42,617 nucleotides of DNA, from assembly GCA_000934665.2 (NCBI GenBank), contig KZ538877.1:1-42617 (forward strand), in the 5' to 3' direction. Below are positions 24,757 through 36,051 of this stretch, piece after piece. This DNA is from Catajapyx aquilonaris (Eukaryota). Both the position numbers and the translations under genes were made by a program. How positions within the stretch are numbered: the first letter of the stretch is position 1; every line of letters begins with the position of its first letter. The notes beneath the pieces were generated by a model. That model was not told where the DNA came from and did no database searches. It worked only from the letters and a program-made list of their open reading frames with translations.

Positions 24757-27700
24757 AATCTTTGCCTGGCCAAGGTTAGCCAGAGAGACTCGCTCGGCTC
24801 ACTGACCCCCATTCCAACTGACCCACCCCACACAAGAGCTGGGACACCTCCACCGCCCTTCCCCCCCTCTCACTCTTCCTTTCTACCACTTTGATGCATT
24901 ATTGCAAAGAGAGAGAGAGAGAAGTGTACCAGGTTGCTGGCCCCGATTCCGGACCGGGCCCCGGTCCCGTCTGAACGGCCCGCAAGTGGCCCCCCAAACT
25001 GACCTGTCTCTGTTCCGCATCCTTCCTGTGCACGGATGGAAATAAGATCCGATTCCAGCCTGTCTCCGGCTTTTATACGAATTAAAAGGTCACAAACCGA
25101 AGGATGACTACTTTTCGGCACTTTTTCCTTTTTTTGGCCTGCGAATCTCGAGTGTGGCAAACCAGTTTTTGGATCGAAACAATTTGGCGCAAAGTAAACG
25201 GCAGCCTTGCTCCAGATGGGTCGCCAAGTCGAGCGATCGGAACCGGTACAGCGGAGGTATGGTCAAGGTGATCGCGTACAATACGATCTATGTGCGCATA
25301 TTTTTGATTTGAGTTCAATGGGTTGATCGCTTTTAATTTCTTTTTTTTCTCTCTCTCTCTTTCTCTCTGAATATTTTTGTGAGAAATAAAATAGGTGAGG
25401 CTGAAGAGGTGGTCTGCCTTCGCATTCTAGCACGGCGAGAAAGGATGTCGCCACATTCACTCCTTTGATTTTTATTGTTTTGAATTCAAATGAGGAGCTA
25501 TTAGCCATAATTTATTATCGTTCCTTTTGATTGCCTTTTTAAAGGGGAATTTTTTTCAAAAATTTAAATCACCGAGCAACTGCTTTCTCGTTGGCCTATT
25601 TTTAATCACTATTCTGCCCCTATACCTCTAATTAAGGTCGATAGAGCCAGACAACTGCAAAGGAAACTCGATCTTATCGCTATGTTCATCAGAAGTGGAG
25701 TATAGCCGACTAATAGAATGTTTTCCATATGTAAAATTTTGGTGTTATTATTCAAACTTGTCCGCTGAACGGCATCGGCATAGGGCCAACATTGTTACCA
25801 ACAATGAAAGGACAGTGACGATACCGGTGCTTCTACGACTCTTCTTCTCGTACTCCTTGTAATTATGACTATAATATAGTTATAGTATGTCTTGAAATTC
25901 AGATAATAAATTCACAACATGCAGGACAACATACTGTAGAAATCATAAACAAATTATTGCATCTTATAGGTGCCTGAATATTGTAATAATTGTTAATTTA
26001 AAGGGAATTTAGTTCCAATAATAGATTTGGTTATTAAAATAATATTCTACCATTTCTATGTATATAGGCCTAGTAGCTATAATATCCGATAATAATAGTT
26101 GCTTGTCCCATAGATAAACATAAAATACTGTTAATGATGTAGGTCTTGCTGAAATATTCCGCATATTTTGTAGATTATAACTCAATATGTTATTATATGA
26201 GGCTGTTTCTATATACCGGTACTGTAGTCACAAACCGCTTCAATTGACGATTTCCTTCATTAATAATGATTTTTATTAATTAGGGTTCCTACGTTTCCGA
26301 AACTGATTTATAGGCGGAGTTTCTGGCTTGACAGACTAGCTGTGACATATGGGAGGTTATTGTCACGTGTGATATTGTCCGCAGGTATTCCACGAGTGTA
26401 TGGTAATTAATTGGAATAATGACCAAAATCTAATTACCTCCCACGTCCTAGATGAGAACGCGGCCTCGTCGGGCACAGTCACCCCTGAAAGTTTCGCAAG
26501 GAATCCTGGCTAAGGGAACTCCATTTCGCCAATATTTGCACGAAAGACAAATAAACATAGCCTTGGTTCGGCTGCTCACACACCTCCTCTCTCTCTCCCT
26601 TGGTAATTTCGCAAATTCTCCCGTTGGCATGCGAAAAGGAACAAACACGGCCTTGGACATCGCTGGCTATTACTGGACGATTCCTCGGAAGAATCCATCA
26701 TTTATTAGCTGCGCCTTTGAACTCACTGCCTCGCTTCCGGCTTTCGAGGATTTGCCAATATGGACTTGCGAAAGGGAATCGGACCTTATTACTGCATGGC
26801 TATTTTGCAAAATCCTTGCTGGCACAACCATATGACATTTTTATGAGAGGTGATGAGTAACATTCCACTTTTTAAACTGCTGCGAGTATTATTACACCTT
26901 ATACTATGTCAACTAATGTACTTGGAGTGTATTACCATTAAAGTGAACAATGAGCCATAGACTACGTATACAAGATACAACGTAAACGTGTGTTCGGATT
27001 TTTTTGTGGAAAACAGCTAATACAGATATACTAATGAGCTGGGGTAAACATTTACTAACTCGTACTAACTTGTCTCATGCACTCTTAATTTGGGTAATGG
27101 GGTAATGCGGTATCCTGTCTTACGTGTAATTAATTTCGAATTGAGTGATTTGTGTGGATCACTTGACTATTGTATACAGGGTCATAATGTACTGTACGTA
27201 TATGTTATTGAAAAAGAAAATTCAGTTATGCTCCTGCCGAGTGGTCCATCTCAAAGCAAGTGTTTTGCAAGTGTCAGCATGTTAATGGGATGTAAAGTAA
27301 CTCAGAATTCATATGAAGAATTATTTCAAATGTTTGATCCCCTTTTATAAATACCTACTGTATTTATTAAGTAGGGCCTAATTACTGGAACATGAGGAAT
27401 TGGTAAGCTCTTCATATTTTTACACACTTCTACTTTAAGAGTTCAAAGATGCCCTTGTTATTTTTAGGTGGAGATATTAATTTAGTTGAAATCACATTTT
27501 CGTGGAGTGTGAAACACTGAGGAGCACAAATCGGAATTATTGGCTGTTTTATGCGTTCAACTAAACAATTTAATCCAATGATGAAGGCCTTAAAAATCTC
27601 TTTAAAGTAGTAGTCATCATCTCTGAACTTGCTTGTCATTGGAGAAAATTGTTTCGAAGAATAATTCAATTCCAATAGAGGCCTAATTACCCTGAAAATC

Positions 27701-28943
27701 CCCACCAACACAGGCAATTAAAACAAACGGTAAATAATTAAAAAGGCACACTTGCTTTATTGATAGTGTACACTAATGCACGCAGCAAATACAATGTTAG
27801 GTAAAAGTAGGCCTACAATGGCCTGTCTTTTAAAGATGACGACTCAAAATTCAGAACTATCCGTCACAGTTTGGTCTCAATTATTGAGTATTTTTTTCTA
27901 TTTTATATCTAGCTATTATAATTATAATCCTAGTGAAACATTTGAAAAAAATGCGATTTCATTAGGGATAGGTTTATTTTAAACGTCAAACCCTCAGATC
28001 TCCAAATCATTCGAATGTGACCCTGATCTATCTGAATTGAGGTCCTCAAATGCTTAACTCGTGTGAGACAATATGCCACAAACACTATTTACCATAATAT
28101 TAACAAGTAAACATAGTGCAGCCAAAGTTATAGCATATTCAGAAATAGGTGTAAACAATGACATTGTTGGTGAGAGATTAACAACTCGTCATTCTCCCAA
28201 ATCCATATACCCATGTTCTTGATAAAAAACAGTAAATGCTGATGTGTAATCAATGTGCTAATATTTTTGCACATTACCAGGTTCTGCTGAGTGCAATATT
28301 ACAATATTTTGCAAATCCTACAGCACCCTTTGAAACTTGAAGACACGATTATACTGATGCCATCATCATTTACCTCTTTTTACTGTGTTTGTGCAAAATA
28401 TTATTAGTGTTTTGGGCTAATTGAGAAAAAGGCAGTGCCAATGATTGAAACAATGACGAGTATAGTGAAGAGTGCATTATTTTCATTCATTTGGTCAAGT
28501 GAATGACCTAATGAGAAGCTGAAATTCCTAGCACATTCAGAGAACATACTAAAAAACTGATTGAGGCAGCTTGGTCATCTCGCAGTTTGTAATATTCCTA
28601 TACTCGTTTAATAATGTTTGGTTACTGCTTAGAGCAATTATATTATCGAGATCAAAGGGATCGTCATGCATAAAGTGCTTTGAGATGAATTGCGGATTTT
28701 ATTCCCATATATTATCAGTCATTACTCCCTAACGTTGAATGCACTGGATCTTTCACCTGCACAATATTTCAGTAACATTCGGTACTGTATCAAGCACGCT
28801 GACAGCACGCTGCAACACGCCCAACATGCATATTATACTCGCATGTGACTCAATACTACTTAAAAGCACAGCAGGTATGCGCTATACATACCGCTGCACT
28901 TTGCACCGACAATAAGCAGACGAGTGGGGCTGCTAGTAGTGGT

Positions 28944-30818
28944 TCAAGGGAGAAATCCGTACCGCCTGGTAGTCTTCTGCTTCTTCTTGGAGATGAACCA
29001 CCTGCCAGCAGGAACGGCCTTTCTGACCGTCCTGGTGACCCTTGACCCCCTCTTCAGCAGAAACAGACATCCTCTTCTGACCATCGACGTCAATATGGCC
29101 CACGTTTCGTGGACTACAGACATGGCAGCCAGAATCAACCCAGCCGCCAGCAGACACAAGGGCACCCTCACCTGCTGCATGGAGATCCGTACGAGTCTGT
29201 CATCCTGGAGGGTGCCGTGAAGGTACCGGTACCTCAGCATCCTCTCTCTGTACCATTTGTTGGCCATATAGTAGTCGTGGAGCATGAAGCCATTCTCGAA
29301 GTAGCTGGCCACGACGGCATCGATTCTCTCATAAATGTCGATTCCGCGTACCATGGCAGCGGCTTTCCACGATGCCGTGAACATCGAGGGCACCGTGTGC
29401 AGGTCCTCCGAATGGTAGAGGTTGTCGTAGTCACGCGACAGGGTGAAGTCCAGGATAATTTCGTCGACGATCACGGCCATCTGGTCGGTCTTGTGGATCT
29501 TGGACAGTGGTTCGTACATGTCCCGAGAAGTGTCGACGGACTCGGCCAACTTCTTGATGAAAGGGTCTTCCGCGTTTTCAGCCATGATCATGAAATAGGA
29601 TGTCCTGCCGCCGTAGAACTTGAAGCCTTTCTCCACCATCTCCATGGCCGACTGGATGTTGGTGGAAGTCGGGTTCATGATCAGCTCGACCATCTTGGCG
29701 GTGTAGGTGGTGGTGAGGACCACGCAGAAGAAGAACCAGAAGCAGAGCAGCCAGCCCAGAGCGGGGTTGTCCGGCATGGTCACTCCCTGGCCGGCCAGGG
29801 CGGGACACATCTTACCGAAGAGGAACCCAGCCGGGGAGGATCCTCCGACCAGGCCTCGTTTGCCCATCGCCCACACGAAGAAGGTGACTAGGCCCAGCCC
29901 CAGGCCTAGCCCCAGCCACACCTGCCAGCTGAGCGGCTGGAACAGCAGTTTCCAGCTGAGCGTGGCAGGGTTCTTCTTCGACACAGCCACCAGCTGGGAG
30001 AAGCGGTATGGCCTGGTCACGCCAAAATCCACATATAAATCATGTTTCAACGTGTCCCCAGGCGCAAAGAGGTACGGGTAGTAGAAGTAATGCTTCTTCC
30101 GAACCCGCTTGTAGCGTAAGGCTTCGTACAAGAAGTTGTCCAGCCAGAGATTGTTCATTTCCACGCAGTACATTTTTAGGTCGCTGAGGTCACTCCATAA
30201 ATCCGGGTACAGCTGACCACTGGCGGGTGCTGCGCTTGTGACGTCGTATCTGCGCACGTACGTCTTCTTAAAGAAGTTGTACCATGTGAGGCGAGCTGTC
30301 ACGACATCCGTTCGGTCCGTCTCCAGCCTGTCGATGGCCATCTGGTACTTGAACTGTCGCTTGTCGTTCTGCACATAGTCCTCGATGGGTCCGTTCCAGT
30401 TGTAGAAGGCGTAGTAGTAGCGGTACGCCTGCAGGTAGTTGAACTGTGCCAACAGCCATTCGAACAGCAGAGCCACGCGGTTCTTCCCATCAAAGTACAG
30501 CAGGAAGAAGGTGCAAGGGACGCCCTTCTGCTGGATCGGAGGTTCCCAGGGACGTGCCTCGGACACGTCGAGGGTGAAGATGCTGAAGGGGGTGGTCAGC
30601 GACCTGATGACCTCCCGATTCAGACCCGCGTTCAGTGCCTGGCTGTCGTACACGACCCCCAACCCGCACGGAGCCAGCACATCATTCTGCTCCTTCAGAT
30701 GGAGCAGGAACTCCATCAGCATCGTCTCGTTGGTGGGGACGGACGACTGCAGCGGTATGTCCACTTGATGACCCTGGGTCACCAGAGCCAGCAGGCAGAG
30801 AGCAATAAGCCAGGCCAT
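28944..30818 (-). CDS. Divergent ionotropic receptor (insect IR, iGluR-related), intronless, ~624 aa
   Basis: Single ORF; first ATG gives signal peptide MAWLIALCLLALVTQG. YPDLW pre-S1 motif, LFQPLSWQVW before M1, LAGQG pore loop, WFFFCVVLTTTYTAKMVELI (SYTANL-like M3), ENGFM, and RISMQQV..LCLLAAGLILA M4. Confidence 0.9.
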   Translation of the reverse strand: MAWLIALCLLALVTQGHQVDIPLQSSVPTNETMLMEFLLHLKEQNDVLAPCGLGVVYDSQALNAGLNREVIRSLTTPFSIFTLDVSEARPWEPPIQQKGVPCTFFLLYFDGKNRVALLFEWLLAQFNYLQAYRYYYAFYNWNGPIEDYVQNDKRQFKYQMAIDRLETDRTDVVTARLTWYNFFKKTYVRRYDVTSAAPASGQLYPDLWSDLSDLKMYCVEMNNLWLDNFLYEALRYKRVRKKHYFYYPYLFAPGDTLKHDLYVDFGVTRPYRFSQLVAVSKKNPATLSWKLLFQPLSWQVWLGLGLGLGLVTFFVWAMGKRGLVGGSSPAGFLFGKMCPALAGQGVTMPDNPALGWLLCFWFFFCVVLTTTYTAKMVELIMNPTSTNIQSAMEMVEKGFKFYGGRTSYFMIMAENAEDPFIKKLAESVDTSRDMYEPLSKIHKTDQMAVIVDEIILDFTLSRDYDNLYHSEDLHTVPSMFTASWKAAAMVRGIDIYERIDAVVASYFENGFMLHDYYMANKWYRERMLRYRYLHGTLQDDRLVRISMQQVRVPLCLLAAGLILAAMSVVHETWAILTSMVRRGCLFLLKRGSRVTRTVRKAVPAGRWFISKKKQKTTRRYGFLP

Positions 30819-30837
30819 GACAGTAGTATTGTGATGC

Positions 30838-30877
30838 GAGTGAAGCACCGCTATGTCTTCGACCCCTCTTATATATA
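30838..30877 (-). promoter_or_regulatory. TATA box plus Inr-like element of the IR gene
   Basis: TATATATAAG at 30877-30868, with TCACTC about 32 nt downstream and 23 nt before the ATG at 30818. Supports 30818 as the start rather than the non-ATG ORF-track start at 30962. Confidence 0.6.
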
Positions 30878-31952
30878 GACCCGTTGCTGCGTCGCAGTTC
30901 CACGGATATATGGTTGTCACGAGCGACGATGCCCAAACACATCGAAAGGCGGAAGTCAACACCGGAGGGCTACTGTACTGTCAATGCCTCTTGCAGAAAA
31001 TAATAGGCATGTTTCGACACTCCTTCCGATAAGGTGTGGCGCAATTGCTTTTCCGAATTGGCGCAATTTGAGGGGAGGGACAGAACAACCCTAAGCTTCA
31101 GATCGTTAAACAATATTCTTTTCTTGTGTGAGATGATTGTTGGTCTCATGAGAGAAGAATATTAATTTCGCGTTGGTCAAAAGGACTGATAAGTGCAACT
31201 GACGGTTACAACTCATGGCAAATACACAGTTGCGGGCAACTTCTTCAACGTTTGCTCCTCGGTTAGCTCGGTTAGCTGGTTGGTTTAAGTATTTTGTAAT
31301 GGTACGACCGGGCCGTACCCACTGGGACCACGTGATCGAATAACGAAGGACCAGTTCAAGGCCTGGAGCCTCTTTCGTTTCCTTGGGCACCAAGATCGAC
31401 TCGGAAAACACAACAAAGGCGGAAGTAAACACGCGGTGTATACTGCAAGGTTAATGCCATAGACCCATAGTACAGTATACACAAATGTGCGATTTCGATT
31501 CGTGGCTTCACACATACAGCAAGATCAACAGACATTAACAAATTTAGGAAAACACAAATTGATTTCTGAGCATTATGGCCTTATATATGGTGAAATTCTG
31601 TCGAAGCTCTTGCTATAGAAAAGCAACAAATATTTTGCAATTAACACAAGTGTTGAAATGACGTGTTCATTTTTTCTAACGTATAAGAAGCTGCCCTTTA
31701 AAAAAATGAAGTACCGTAATGGAGGGCATCATTATTGCACAGCCTCGCTCGCTTATTGTGGTAATAAAAGAGGTGTCCGTGACAGCGGCAAACAAATGGT
31801 ACTCGGTCCCGGAATCGCTCCGACTCTGTGCTGCGTGTGAAGAGAAGTCCGTGAGATAATCCCGCACTTTTTTTGATAATTCGCATGAAGAAGCAAGCAA
31901 ATAAGTGTAAGGAGTCTGGCAGGCTTCCATCATTAGAGGAAGAGCGGGGAGG

Positions 31953-33214
31953 ATGGAAGAGGTTGGTTGTCGCAGCCTGCTGGACCGCTTCGTGGAGGCT
32001 GCCAGCATCCGAGAGCTGACGGACTCTTTTCCCCTGGACCAGAATCAAAAGGATTGGCTGGACAGGGACAGGTTCCGGAGGGGACAGCAGTTTGTCCGGG
32101 ACAACCTGTTCGGTGTGATGCTGTCCCATTACCTGTCCGGGGTGGGAGTGTACTTCTGGCCTCCTCTGTACCGGATGCTGGTCTACTACGGGAAGTACCA
32201 GAGCCTGCACACACTCTCCAGGCTCAACTCCAGCATCATCCTCCACATGATGAATTGGTACGGAAGGAATAATTATAAGGATCATTTTAAAAACACGTAT
32301 TCGAGGTAAAAAATTGAGGGCACAACGTAACTGTAAAAAACAAATTAGAACTTTATTAATAATTCTGTAAAGGAAATTGCATGAAGGTAAATGGCCTCCT
32401 CTCCAGGTACGAGGGTGACCTGTGGGACCCGAGCAGTACGGCGTACCGTAGCATGTCAGTGGTGAAGGAGCGGCACCGCAGAGTGGGCAACTACGCCAAC
32501 AAGAACCGGGTCAAAGTGGACGGGGTCAAGCTGGACACCACCAGAGAGCGGGTGATGACAGAGCGTAACCTTCTGCGCTTCATTCAGGGCGACCTTTTCT
32601 CAGACCAGCCTGTGCCGGTACCGACCGACGGAGTGTACATGAGCCAGCTGGACCTGGCCATGGTGGTCCTGGTCTCGGTCGGGTTCGTGGTCACCTGTCC
32701 CGAAAAGGTGGGCATCCACACCAAGGACGAGCGAGGACTGTGCGACTTTGTCTACATGTGGCGAGTGATAGGACGATGCCTGGGGATCGAGGACCGGTAC
32801 AACCCGTGCGAGGGTACGCTGCAGGAAGTGCGCGATCTGGTCAGGGAGTTCGGCTCCAGGGTGGCCGTGCCGGTCATCAAGAGCGCGGGTCAGCAGGAGG
32901 AATACTTCTGGAGAATGATGGTGGTCAGCAGCCACCAGTCGTCCCTTGCCTTTCGAGCATTGTCCTGGGACCCTGAAGCCATCAAGCTCTACCTCACTTC
33001 CTGCCTGGGAATCACCAGGACCGAGTCGTACGCGTGCCGGCGAGCACCGTGGTACACCAGGCTGTACGTGGTCTTCATCCGGTTCTGCCTGGAAGTCCTG
33101 CTGAGTTGCAGGCCCATTGCAGTTCTCTGCAACTTCGTAGCGTCTGTTCTCCTCAAGCGGTTGAGGAAGAGCCTTGATCTAGTAATGTGCATTTCTTGTG
33201 CTGTCAAGCCATAA
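31953..33214 (+). CDS. MpaB'/rubber oxygenase Lcp-like (DUF2236) domain protein, 2 exons, ~370 aa
   Basis: Exons 31953-32257 and 32407-33214 (TG|GTACGG...CTCCAG|G, forming W-Y-E-G); 1113 nt. Motifs WLDRDRFRRGQQF, WYEGDLWDPSSTAYRSMSVVKERH, YMSQLDLA, DFVYMWRVIGRCLGIEDRYNPC and a hydrophobic C-terminus match the arthropod members of this family as I recall them. An upstream exon cannot be excluded. Confidence 0.8.
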
Positions 33215-33376
33215 CACAGGATGTCGTGCTATCAATAATTTAGCTGACATCGGTATCGGTGCAACACTTCCATCTCCTCAGTGAGTTTCCGCTACACGTA
33301 ATGAGTCAGTGCCCGAAATGTCACACTGAAGTAGCCTACTGATGTAAGAACAAATACCACTCACGCTGTACTATTA

Positions 33377-33499
33377 TAGATGGGTCGGTGAACGAACGCA
33401 AGCGGGTGCCCAATTTTATTACAGGAATTACATTACAAACTGTATTCCGACCTGTCATAAAATTGGCCATCTGCTTGCGTTCGTTCGCCGACCCATCTA
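33377..33499. mobile_element. MITE/foldback element with ~48-bp inverted arms and TA TSD
   Basis: TA-TAGATGGGTCGGTGAACGAACGCAAGC..GCCAATTTTATTACAGG / CCTGTCATAAAATTGGC..GCTTGCGTTCGTTCGCCGACCCATCTA-TA. Confidence 0.85.
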
Positions 33500-35959
33500 T
33501 ACATACTGCTTTTGACCAGTGCTGACCTCGCCTCTCTCGACCAATACAGTGTGTAAATATTATGGTCGTCAGAAAATATTCAACAGATAATTTGAATATT
33601 TCGTAAATCCTATTTCGTGCATCGTCGCTAAATATATAGTTTATGTGTTAATTACTAGTATTACGCTTCGCGACCTTGATTGAGTTCACATGTCTCTAGG
33701 AGCAAGTGAAGCCAGGGTCAATTTATATTTTTATATCGGAAATGAATTCTTCGTTCGAATAAAAACTTTACAACATGATTGTGTGATTTAACAAGGTTAT
33801 TCCCTGCACGCTAGTTGTTCACACCATAGTTTTAAATGCAACAAAAATATTACATCTGAAATGTCTGTTGGATTTAAAATGTGATGTGAAGTGGCGTGTA
33901 CTGCTTAAATGATATTATTTCTCCCCGGAATGTCAAGACTCTAACTCCGGTTTTTTAAATACAAAATTTGCGAGTTATCTGTCAGTCAGTTGATCAGTAC
34001 CGGTATTACGCTTTATGGTAATAAAATGTTTTCCATGACGTTAATTACGTGAAATTATGTTCATTGATTATTTTAACTTTATTTTGGAACCTTACGAGCT
34101 TTATGCGTTTCAAAAATATTTTTGACGGCATGAATAATAACATCTCAAAAAATTCCTCACTAAAAGATTTGTGGATTTGGCGTTTAACATTCCTCATGTT
34201 GTTCATAACTTTGAGGTTTATTACTATTGAAAAGAAATATTTAGGGAAAAATGGGTTGCAGTTATGGCCAGATCGACAATGACGCGAACTGTAATGTTGT
34301 TAAATAAATTTTAAAGCATCTCCATTTTCTGTTCATTTTTCTGATGAGTACAGAATTCATTAAAATTTTAAAAGTCAATTAAAAATGGAACATCTAACAA
34401 ATCTCCATATCCTTTGAAATTGCGTCACCGTGAATCATGACTGCCCTACTATTCAACCTATTATTTAACAAATGGGTGGTTAACTGCTCCAGGTCACAGA
34501 CTCACAGTTCAAGAGGAGGGGAGCAGAGTGTTTGTTTACCCTAGCACAGCTGATCAAAGAGAAGCAACCCCTTTGGAAGCAACATACAGCGTTTCAAGTG
34601 ACCCTCGCTTCTATTTATATGCTGGTTGCTGGAGCAAACAACACCCGAACTTGCACCAGATTTATTCCAGCACCTCCCGATCCTCATACAACCCGAGTGA
34701 CCTTCGCCCTGTTGACCTTAGTAGCCACACCATTAAACGTCATAATTATAGTCGTTATATTTGCACATGGAGTAAGCGGACGTTTCTATAGTCCAACGAG
34801 TTCAAAGACACTCATTTGGCCATTAATAAGTGAGTGAGCAGCCAGTCGATGGTCGATGATGATAATAATTGCACTGGCTGATTACGAAAAGGGCTGCGTC
34901 GCTGCAAGGTCGTCGGGTTTAGTTTATTCTGGGACCTCGCGGCCACATCGATTGTTTGTGGGTTGCGACAATGATAGGCTACTACATCAGCTCTTCAGGA
35001 AACAAACGATATTAACATGTACTGAAGTGTAGGCTATACACAGAGGCATTTCAGCACAAAATATGCCATAATCAAATTGGGTGGATCCTCATGTTGTACA
35101 GCGGGTTGTCATTATTTAAGCTCATTCATTGTTGAGAGTCACGGTCGCCGGTGTGACGTCATGTTCTATTGTTCCGTTCGAACCGAATGGAACGGGTGGC
35201 GTTGTTGATTCCGTTGGCTCCACTGATCATGTTCCATTGACGCGTCGTCATGACTCCGGTCAGCCGCACTGTGGTCAGCAGTATGTTGTTGCCAAGGAGA
35301 CCTATTTTTGTTTGGAACGACATCGTCCTGGCTGGGGGCTTGCAGAAGAGAGAGGTCAGTCGCCAAGGTCAGTCGCTGCCCATCTCTGCTGGTCGACCAT
35401 CCGGACCTGCGTGTCCGTTGGCGATCTTCACCTGATGGATAAGCGATCACTTCTTGATCATCACGGTGTGGGAGTCATGCAGGTAGTACAAGTCGGGAAT
35501 TGCGTCACAGCATGTCACGAGTCCATCACCTGCTGTTCTTTCTGTCCTTCATAATATATTATATCCTCGTCTATAGAGTATTTCGGCTGATTGGGTGATC
35601 ACGTCTACTTCTGATCAGTGCCAGTAGGCGATGAACGAATGGGGGTCTTCTCCAGAGTTTGGTAATAATAATATAATATTGTCGCGTATGATCAGGAATG
35701 ATGACTTACCGTAGGGCTGCGGTATGTTAGGTGGTAAATGAATCGTTTGAGCCAGCAGTCATACAATGGTTGTTGTTCTCAACCAAAAACCCATGACAGG
35801 ATTAGGGTATATGGACATAGAGCACTGCTGTGAGTATACCGTAATAAGATGAGTTAACTCGATCTGTAACCTGTTGAGAGGAGATTCTATTTATTCCGTC
35901 TTCATACAATTTTCTGATCTTTGGGACCTGTTGGCATCCTGGACGGCTGGCGGTGGTGG

Positions 35960-35962
<3 letters not shown>

Positions 35963-36050
<88 letters not shown>
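35963..36050. repeat. (AAT)n microsatellite preceded by (GGT)n
   Basis: About 29 TAA units; explains the poly-Asn and poly-Ile ORFs. Confidence 0.97.

Positions 36051-36051
<1 letters not shown>

Noticed and set aside
24194..26369. CACGTG E-boxes (24194, 26364) near the takeout genes as circadian elements
   Set aside because: Six-mers at roughly chance frequency; no clustering or conservation evidence.
26452..26835. 127-aa ORF in a GC-richer intergenic block
   Set aside because: No recognisable motif or splice context; possibly a repeat remnant, but I could not define TIRs or a TSD.
29109..29891. 260-aa plus-strand ORF inside the IR, and similar antisense ORFs over GPCR and oxygenase exons
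   Set aside because: Expected stop-poor antisense frames of GC3-rich coding sequence; no recognisable motifs.
30819..30962. 48-aa N-terminal extension of the IR ORF
   Set aside because: Non-ATG start that runs through the TATA box; the ATG at 30818 gives a clean signal peptide.
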